A DNA stretch of 32,000 nucleotides from Pyrodictium abyssi (GTDB lineage: Archaea > Thermoproteota > Thermoprotei_A > Sulfolobales > Pyrodictiaceae): assembly GCF_036323395.1 (NCBI RefSeq), contig NZ_AP028907.1, forward strand, positions 2,040,001 to 2,072,000, written 5' to 3'. Shown here in pieces: positions 25,441 to 32,000 of the stretch. Every line of letters starts with the position of its first letter. The stretch's first letter is position 1. A model generated the notes under the pieces. It was not told where the DNA came from, made no database searches, and saw nothing but the letters and a program-made list of their open reading frames with translations. Both the position numbers and the translations under genes were made by a program.

Positions 25441-28400
25441 GTGTACCCAGAGCAGGGGGACGCTAGGATACAGCCAGCGGCTCTACTGCTGCTCCTGCTA
25501 GCGCTGGCCCCTCTACTGCAAGCGCCCATCCACGTGGTTCATGCCCATGCAGAGTCAGTGGACCTAGCTGACCAGCTCCGCCGCATACTAGACCAGCTCT
25601 ACAACAACTCCATAGGCTACGAGAAGGCAGCTAGGCTCTACAACAGCGTGGCATCGTGCTCGCGGCCCCCCGTCTCCGAGGCGGCCTCGCAGGCCGCCAA
25701 GGCGCTAGAATCCGCGGCAGAGGGCAAGGCTACAGCACAGCAGGTAGAGGAGGCGCTGCTGAGCTACGCCGCGGTGGTGGGGAGGCACCTGGACGCGCTA
25801 GCCAGCTGCAGCTCGGCCACGGTCTACCAGAGCCTCCTGCTAGCCTTCGCGGTCCCGACGCCCGCAGGCCTCCTCCCGGCCACAGCTCCCACGGACGCGA
25901 TGAGGCAGGCAGCGGCGGAGATAGCCTACAGTATAGTCCGCCAGCTCGCTGGCAGCGAGGAGCTAGCCAGCCAGGCATCACTCATAGCACGTGTAGACCC
26001 CTACGCGGCTCTGCTCCTAGCAGGGCTGGCTGGCAGAGTAGACCAGGGCTACTGGGCGTCCGTGAACGATAACACTACGAGCACGAGGGGGCTCTGCCTC
26101 GTCTACTCCCTCGCAGCGACAGACACGGTGCCCCAGGAAGCTGCAGCGGCGGCTCTAGCGGCGATAGCGGGGGCTAGCTACGCCTACGGCCCCGGCGCGG
26201 TGCTAGCGGAGGCAGCCAGCGCCCTCAAATCCGGGGACCTCTTCTGCTACACGGCTATCGTGAACCTGCTAGACGCCATGTACCGGGGCTACGTGGAGAA
26301 GCTGCTTCCCCTCTACAGGCTCCCCGGCAACTACACGCCTCCCCCGGAGCTGCTCCAGGCCCCCAGGATAGGCGGCATTGACGCGCTACGGCTAGTAGCG
26401 GCGACGGCCTCCGGGGAGGGGCTGACCCCGGCACTTGCCAGGATGGGTGGAGGAGTTGTAGCGAGCCCCTCGGGCGTAGCAGCTGTGCTGCGTGCATCCG
26501 GTGCACCGGTCCCCGAGACCCCCGGCGAGAACGGCTACTGCCTCGTCTTCAAGACAGCGTTGAAGAGCCTGCTCGAGGGCACTGTGGCGGAGACGCAGCA
26601 GGCCTGGAGCCTAGCGGCGGCAGCTGCGAGCCTATGCTACGCCCAGACCGGCTCCCCACAGCCCCTGATAGCCCTACTCCTCTTCCAGCCATTCGTCGAG
26701 ATAGACCCCTGGCTCGTAGCAGAAGGCGCAGCCAAGCAGGCACGGGTAGCTGGCGACCCGGGGCTCCAGGCCTACGCATCCAAGGCTTCTAGCCTACTCT
26801 GGAGCGGTAGGCTAGACGAGGCAGCCTCGCTCCAGCCGCCCTCCTCGCCCAACAGCGCTCTCGTCCACAGCCTACTCGTAGCAGCGGTGGAGGGGGTCAA
26901 GGAGGGCTTCAACCCCCTACTAGTAGAGGTTGACAATGCCACAGCGCAGCAACTCCTAGAGGCGGCGGGGCTCCCGTCGCCCCGCGATGCCGTGCTCGCA
27001 GCACTCGACCCCGCTAGGGTCATGGACGACATAGCCAGGGATAACACCACGCCTCCCCTAGAGCGCCTCGGCATATTCGCCCGGGCGGCCTCACTACGCC
27101 CCAGCAGCAGCGGTTACCTGCTCGACTACGCGGCTGTACGCGCGGTATCGTGGCTCGTAGTGCACATGTACCCGTGGCTCCGCGGCGGCGAGCAGCTGCC
27201 GCCGCCCGGCCAGCAGCCGGAGCCGGGCACCCTGCTCTCCTGGGCCCTTGGCTACGTGACCACGGCAGCGCCCCCGCAGCAGGAGGCACCGGCAGCGGGG
27301 CAGGAGCCCAGCGCGGGGGGCCAGACAGGCGGCCAGCCGGCGGCAACGCCCGAGAGCCCGGCCAGCAGCACGTCCAACGAGACGAGCATGACAGGCCCGG
27401 GCAGCGGGGCCGAGGCGGCGAAGGCAGCCCAGGAGGCAGAGCAGCTCGCAGACCAGCTAGAAGCCCTCGCCCAGGAGATAAAGAGCAGCCTCGGCGGCCA
27501 GGGCCAGGCAGAAGCCGTTGCCGGGCTCCTAGAGCAGATAGCCCAGAGCCTGCGCGAGGGAGACTACGCCTCGGCCGTGGCTGCAAGCCAGCAGCTACTA
27601 CAGATGCTCAACAGCGGGGACACAATCCCAGTGAGCCTCCTAGCCATGCTAGCCCAGAGCGGAGTAGATCCCCGCGAGGCAGCCCAGCTGCTCGCAATGG
27701 CGGCGAGTATACGCTTCAGCAACACCACGGTCACGATAGACCTAAGGGAGGCCAGCCAGCTAGCGGAAACACTCTCCAGTATAGACCTGGCCCAGGAAGG
27801 GCAGACCGGGCTAGAGAAGATCGCAGAGATAGCGGCGGACATAGGGAAAGCTGCCGCAGAGGCGGCCGGCCAAGCCACGGCCGGGCCACAGGCTGGAGGC
27901 GGCGCGGGGTCGGAGGGGGCGGCGGAGCTGCTCGAGATAAAGGGCCTAGGCGACCTAGCGGCCAAGCTATACAGCATACTCGGGGGACAGCCGTCAGGCG
28001 AACCAGCCGGGGCCCTGGACGCCATCGAGCTAACCGGCCCGGGCGGCGAGGGGGGCGAGAGCAACGCTACAGCCGGCCAGGAGCCGCCTATCCCGGAACC
28101 TCCCCGGCTCCCCAGTCTGCCGGGCCTCCCCGGGCTCGGCGACCTAGCTGTAGTTGCTGCCCCGCTAGCCCTGGCCGGTATAGCGATGCTAGCTGCTACC
28201 CGCTACCGTGAGCTAGCAGCTGCAGCAGCCAGAGTGCGGCTGGCTAGGCTAGAGCGCCGCCTATCCCGGGTGCCGGGGGCCGCGCAGCGGCCCGAGGAGA
28301 CCCGGAGGCTGGTAGTAGAGGTGTTTAGCCAGATACTCCGCGTGTACGAGACCGTCTACGCGCCACGGGCGGCTAGCGAGACTCACCGCGAGTACGCGGC

Positions 28401-28599
28401 CAAGCTTCCCGGGGACGAGAGGAGCCGCTACACTCCGGCGGCCAGCGTCTACGAGAAGGCGAAGTTTAGCAGCGAGCCCGTGAGCGAGAGTGACGTGGAG
28501 AAGCTTCAGAAGATGCTGTCCGAGATAAGACGTGCACTAGGCGCTGCGGGCGGGAGCCTGGCGGCAGCGGTGGCGAAGCTACTGGGTGGCAGGAAGTGA
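25441..28599 (+). CDS. Large secreted/membrane protein with C-terminal DUF4129-like cytoplasmic region
   Basis: 1052 aa: N-terminal hydrophobic signal (LLLLLALAPLLQAPIHVVHA), Ala/Leu-rich helical region, Gly/Gln/Pro-rich linkers, TM helix LAVVAAPLALAGIAMLAAT, then EETRRLVVEVFSQILRVYETVYAPRAASETHREYAAKL typical of DUF4129. Followed directly by MoxR/DUF58 genes. Confidence 0.75.
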   Translation: MYPEQGDARIQPAALLLLLLALAPLLQAPIHVVHAHAESVDLADQLRRILDQLYNNSIGYEKAARLYNSVASCSRPPVSEAASQAAKALESAAEGKATAQQVEEALLSYAAVVGRHLDALASCSSATVYQSLLLAFAVPTPAGLLPATAPTDAMRQAAAEIAYSIVRQLAGSEELASQASLIARVDPYAALLLAGLAGRVDQGYWASVNDNTTSTRGLCLVYSLAATDTVPQEAAAAALAAIAGASYAYGPGAVLAEAASALKSGDLFCYTAIVNLLDAMYRGYVEKLLPLYRLPGNYTPPPELLQAPRIGGIDALRLVAATASGEGLTPALARMGGGVVASPSGVAAVLRASGAPVPETPGENGYCLVFKTALKSLLEGTVAETQQAWSLAAAAASLCYAQTGSPQPLIALLLFQPFVEIDPWLVAEGAAKQARVAGDPGLQAYASKASSLLWSGRLDEAASLQPPSSPNSALVHSLLVAAVEGVKEGFNPLLVEVDNATAQQLLEAAGLPSPRDAVLAALDPARVMDDIARDNTTPPLERLGIFARAASLRPSSSGYLLDYAAVRAVSWLVVHMYPWLRGGEQLPPPGQQPEPGTLLSWALGYVTTAAPPQQEAPAAGQEPSAGGQTGGQPAATPESPASSTSNETSMTGPGSGAEAAKAAQEAEQLADQLEALAQEIKSSLGGQGQAEAVAGLLEQIAQSLREGDYASAVAASQQLLQMLNSGDTIPVSLLAMLAQSGVDPREAAQLLAMAASIRFSNTTVTIDLREASQLAETLSSIDLAQEGQTGLEKIAEIAADIGKAAAEAAGQATAGPQAGGGAGSEGAAELLEIKGLGDLAAKLYSILGGQPSGEPAGALDAIELTGPGGEGGESNATAGQEPPIPEPPRLPSLPGLPGLGDLAVVAAPLALAGIAMLAATRYRELAAAAARVRLARLERRLSRVPGAAQRPEETRRLVVEVFSQILRVYETVYAPRAASETHREYAAKLPGDERSRYTPAASVYEKAKFSSEPVSESDVEKLQKMLSEIRRALGAAGGSLAAAVAKLLGGRK

Positions 28600-29957
28600 T
28601 AGGCCTCCGGGGCTTCCTCGCAGGGCTGGCCATAGTAGCCCTAGTAGCGGCTATACTGGCTGCACCCAAGGCTATCAAGCTGGGTACGGCGCCGGAGCTC
28701 CGCCTAGGCTCGCCCGGCGACACGGGGCCCAGCGGGCACAGCCTGTTAGCCCAGGTGTTATCCTCCCACGGGCTCCGTGTTGGGCTCTCATATAAGCCGC
28801 CCAGGGACTGGAACGGCTCATCGCTGGTTTACATTGTCGCGGGGCCCACCGAGTGCAGGACTGAGCTGCTCCAGGCGGTGGCGGAGGAGGCCCGGCGGCT
28901 CGCCTCCCAGGGCCTCCGCGTAGGCGTGGTGATAGCGGACGAGGGGCCGTGCGGCAAAACCCTGCTAGATATGCTGGACGCGCCCTTCCTCAGCACGGTC
29001 TCCGGTGCGCCCAGTGAGCCGTGGCTAGCACTCTACCAGGGAGGTGAACCCGTCCTCTACGCGATGTACAGCGTACCAACCATAACGTACATGGACGAGG
29101 GCTGGAGGCAGCTGGCCGTATCGCTCTACCCGCGTGGGCTCCCAGCAGCCCTAGAATGGCGAGGCAGCGTAGACGTCGTCTACATACCTGATAGCCACGT
29201 GTTCACGAACATGGTGATGAGCGCTGCCAACGAGACGGGGCTAGGCAACGCAGAGCTAGCAGTAACACTCGTAGAGAAGCTCGGCGGTGCAGACGCGCTA
29301 GTGCTCATGCCACTAGGCTTCTACCGGCTGATAAACCCCAGTATACCCCTGGTAGCCTACCTCCAACCCGGCGTCATTATAATCCGCCTAGTGGAGTGGC
29401 TAGCGGGCCTCGAGAAGACTATAGTAGAGGCTATGCTCTCCAACCCTCTCGCAGCCACGGTACTAGTGATAGGCGTGATGTCGGTACTCTACATTGTGTT
29501 CGCCCAAGCCTCGGGCAAGAAATGGGCAGCCGAGAAGCCGCCCGAGCAAGCCCAGCCGCCACGGCTCCTCGGCACATCCCCAGTGCTAGAGAAGCTACAA
29601 CGAGGCGTAGAGCTGTCCAGGCAGGAGGCCCGCCAAGCCCTAGCAGCGCTATACGAACTCGTGGACGAGGTCCTCAGGGTGCGCGTCGGCGCAGGGCTCT
29701 CGGAAGTACTAGAAGACGACCGGCTGCTGGAGAGGCTAGCCCGCGAGGCCGGGATAGACCCCGGCGAACTCCGCCGCGGGCTCGAGGCTCTGCACCGGCT
29801 CTACACGGCTAAGATAAGGGAGGGCCGGCTTCTACCACTCGTCGTGTCCTGGAAGCGTAGGCTATACTACGTGCTGGAGCGCGTAGAGCCACTACTCGAG
29901 TCCATAGGTGCTGGCCTGGAGGAGGCTAGGAGCATTGAGTACAGCCTCGCCCGCTAG
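28596..29957 (+). CDS. DUF4350-like membrane protein
   Basis: 453 aa: N-terminal TM anchor, [47 protein letters not shown], second [23 protein letters not shown]. Position between the DUF4129-like and MoxR genes with 4 nt overlap fits the family context. Confidence 0.7.
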   Translation: MIGLRGFLAGLAIVALVAAILAAPKAIKLGTAPELRLGSPGDTGPSGHSLLAQVLSSHGLRVGLSYKPPRDWNGSSLVYIVAGPTECRTELLQAVAEEARRLASQGLRVGVVIADEGPCGKTLLDMLDAPFLSTVSGAPSEPWLALYQGGEPVLYAMYSVPTITYMDEGWRQLAVSLYPRGLPAALEWRGSVDVVYIPDSHVFTNMVMSAANETGLGNAELAVTLVEKLGGADALVLMPLGFYRLINPSIPLVAYLQPGVIIIRLVEWLAGLEKTIVEAMLSNPLAATVLVIGVMSVLYIVFAQASGKKWAAEKPPEQAQPPRLLGTSPVLEKLQRGVELSRQEARQALAALYELVDEVLRVRVGAGLSEVLEDDRLLERLAREAGIDPGELRRGLEALHRLYTAKIREGRLLPLVVSWKRRLYYVLERVEPLLESIGAGLEEARSIEYSLAR

Positions 29958-29961
29958 GCTT

Positions 29962-30888
29962 GTGGCCGGCCTCGCGGAGAAGGTGGCGCGGGAGGTATCA
30001 AAGGTAGTATACGGGCTAGAGGACGAGCTAAAGATAATACTGGCATCGCTGCTCGTCGGCGGCCATGTGCTCCTCGAAGGCATGCCCGGGGTAGCCAAGA
30101 CGACGCTAGCCAAGGCCCTCGCATCCAGCATGAGGCTCGAGTTCCGGAGGATACAGTTCACTCCCGACCTGCTACCCAGCGACATAATAGGCACGATGAT
30201 CTACGACCAGAGGAGCGGCGAGTTCAGGCTACGCCGCGGCCCGGTGTTCACCAACATCCTCCTCGCCGACGAGATTAACCGCGCCTCGCCCCGGACCCAG
30301 AGCGCGCTCCTAGAGGCGATGCAGGAGCGCCAGGTAACCATAGAGGGCAACACGCTCCCTCTGCCCGAGCCATTCCTGGTCATAGCCACGCAGAACCCCA
30401 TAGAGCTCGAAGGGACGTTCCCGCTCCCCGAGGCCCAGATAGACAGGTTCCTCGTCAAGGTATCCATACCAATGCCGGGCCGGGAGGTTCTGCGCAGGAT
30501 ACTCCGAGGCCTAGAAACCATCGAGAAGTGGCCCGTAGAGCCCGTGGCGAACCGCGACGAGATACTGGAGGCCCGTAGAGCCATATGGCGCGTCGAGGTC
30601 AGCGACCCCGTAGTAGACTACATCATAGACCTCGTGGAGGAGACCCACCGCCACCCCGACGTGAGGCTAGGAGCCAGCCCCAGAGCAGCCATAGCACTGC
30701 AGCAGCTAGCCCGGGCCCTCGCAGCCATGGAGGGCAGGGGCTACGTCATACCAGACGACGTGAAGACCGCGGCCCGGTACGTCCTTGTACACCGTATAAT
30801 CCTCCGGCCCGAGGCCGAGGCGGAGGGCCGCCGGCCCGAAGACGTGGTAGAGTCGGTACTGTCCAGCGTCCGCGTACCAGTACCGTAG
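29962..30888 (+). CDS. MoxR-family AAA+ ATPase
   Basis: ORF 29908..30888; [19 protein letters not shown] (Walker A), [31 protein letters not shown] (Walker B), [27 protein letters not shown] 29962 immediately follows the previous stop. Confidence 0.96.
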   Translation: MAGLAEKVAREVSKVVYGLEDELKIILASLLVGGHVLLEGMPGVAKTTLAKALASSMRLEFRRIQFTPDLLPSDIIGTMIYDQRSGEFRLRRGPVFTNILLADEINRASPRTQSALLEAMQERQVTIEGNTLPLPEPFLVIATQNPIELEGTFPLPEAQIDRFLVKVSIPMPGREVLRRILRGLETIEKWPVEPVANRDEILEARRAIWRVEVSDPVVDYIIDLVEETHRHPDVRLGASPRAAIALQQLARALAAMEGRGYVIPDDVKTAARYVLVHRIILRPEAEAEGRRPEDVVESVLSSVRVPVP

Positions 30889-30931
30889 AGAAGCCTCCGG
30901 GGGACCGGCGGAGCCGGGGAGCAGGAGCGCC

Positions 30932-32000
30932 TTGGCCGAACAGAGCCTCTTTGACAGGATAAGCGAGCTCATGGCCCCCGTGACGCCGCGCGGCCATGCC
31001 GTGCTCTTCCTGTCGGCGAGCCTTCTCGCGGCGGGGCTCCTGGCGGGGCCGGGGAGAGCCCCAGCCCTTATGTCTGCTGGGCTAGCGCTCCTGCTCCTCG
31101 TGATAGTAGAGCGCGAGGTGTTCCTAGCCCGTGCGGCAGCGCTCTCCCGTATCGACGCCAGGTGGGTGATCGAGCACCCGCTCGTAGAGGGGCGTCCCTC
31201 CCTCGTGAAGCTGGTGCTGGAGAACAGGTCGCTCACCCCTATAGAGCACCTGGAGGTGTACGACAACCCTCCACGCCTATTCCACTGGGCCGGCGAGGCC
31301 CCGCCGCGCGCAGTGGTAGCCCTCCCGGCCATGGGCGTGGTGGAGGTCAGCTACACGGTAGTGCCGGTCGTTGGGCGCCACGAGTGGGGAGGCCCCCTAA
31401 GGCTCGTAGCAGAGGATGTACTCGGCTTCTTCCGTGCCGAGAGGCTCGTAGACCAGGGGCTCCCCGTGGTGAACGTCCAGCCCCGGCTACTGGACGTGCC
31501 CCGGCGCCGCGCGGCTCTCCCCACGGTGCTCCAGCCTGGCGGTGTAGCGAAGCTGCGCCGCCGCGGCGTCGGCTCCGAGATAATGGAGCTACGCGAGTAC
31601 ACGCCCGACGACGATATACGCCTCGTCGACTGGAAGGCCTCGGCCCGCGCTGGCCGCCTAATGGTCAAGGTGTTTGAGCAGGAGTCAGTGCTCCGCGTAG
31701 CAGTGGTTGTGGACGCCCACCCATCGATGTTCCGTGGCGTGCTCGGCGAGACCAAGATAGAGTACGCGGCCCGCCTAGCAGCGTCTATCGCCGAGTACCT
31801 TGCCCGCCGCGGCGACGTCTACCGAGTCTACCTCGCCGACCCCAGCGGCCGGATGTACTCGACTCCGTGGCTCCACGGCCGCGGGAGCGGTGCGCTCGCC
31901 CGCCGCTTCATAGCCGAGAAGCTCTCGTGGCCCCGTAGCCCAGGGCAAGCCCCGGAGCCGCGGCGCCGCGCCAACGCGATAGTGGAGGCACTCCTGTCCA
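30932..32000 (+). CDS. DUF58 domain protein, truncated at window end
   Basis: Manual translation from TTG 30932 (alternative ATG 30971): two TM segments, then GSEIMELREYTPDDDIRLVDWKASARAGRLMVKVFEQESVLRVAVVVDAHPSM, diagnostic DUF58. Confidence 0.93.
   Translation, partial: MAEQSLFDRISELMAPVTPRGHAVLFLSASLLAAGLLAGPGRAPALMSAGLALLLLVIVEREVFLARAAALSRIDARWVIEHPLVEGRPSLVKLVLENRSLTPIEHLEVYDNPPRLFHWAGEAPPRAVVALPAMGVVEVSYTVVPVVGRHEWGGPLRLVAEDVLGFFRAERLVDQGLPVVNVQPRLLDVPRRRAALPTVLQPGGVAKLRRRGVGSEIMELREYTPDDDIRLVDWKASARAGRLMVKVFEQESVLRVAVVVDAHPSMFRGVLGETKIEYAARLAASIAEYLARRGDVYRVYLADPSGRMYSTPWLHGRGSGALARRFIAEKLSWPRSPGQAPEPRRRANAIVEALLS

Noticed and set aside
27020-27586. Minus-strand 188-aa ORF and similar antisense ORFs in 26.2-28.7 kb
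   Set aside because: Antisense to a well-supported CDS, low-complexity Pro/Ser/Arg composition.
27150-28211. 353-aa plus-strand ORF inside the 25441..28599 gene
   Set aside because: Arg/Pro/Ala/Gly-dominated shadow frame produced by high GC; the overlapping frame has TM and DUF4129-like signals.
1-32000. CRISPR array or cas genes
   Set aside because: Reading through intergenic gaps (5958-6288, 6874-7484, 8273-8583, 20460-20754, 22080-22378) showed no regularly spaced direct repeats, and no ORF had Cas motifs.

Overview
GC-rich archaeal chromosomal segment. Protein content and the 5S rRNA sequence suggest a hyperthermophilic crenarchaeote, probably Pyrodictiaceae-like; this is inference, not a database match. 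Most of the window is dense ordinary chromosomal coding: HAD phosphatase (partial), GHMP-kinase-like, CDGSH protein, Nep1, PaREP1-like, ThpR, UPF0248, flavin reductase, RtcB plus archease plus DUF59-like, S9 peptidase, cyclase, TrkH, NSUN/RsmB-type m5C methyltransferase, precorrin-2 dehydrogenase, rubrerythrin-VIT1 fusion, methyltransferase, GNAT. At the right edge there is a DUF4129-like / DUF4350-like / MoxR / DUF58 operon. Two structural RNA genes are absent from the ORF track: tRNA-Gly(CCC) with encoded CCA (6095-6173, -) and a 5S rRNA (about 22174-22299, -). The most island-like part is an AT-richer stretch (about 6.9-9.05 kb). It holds a VapBC pair, an orphan hypothetical and a degenerate 3' tRNA-Gly-like fragment (8338-8386, +) that could be an attachment-site scar. 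I saw no CRISPR array, transposase, integrase or convincing new defence system. The least-described items are the secreted/membrane proteins, several orphan hypotheticals and the 1052-aa first gene of the MoxR operon.
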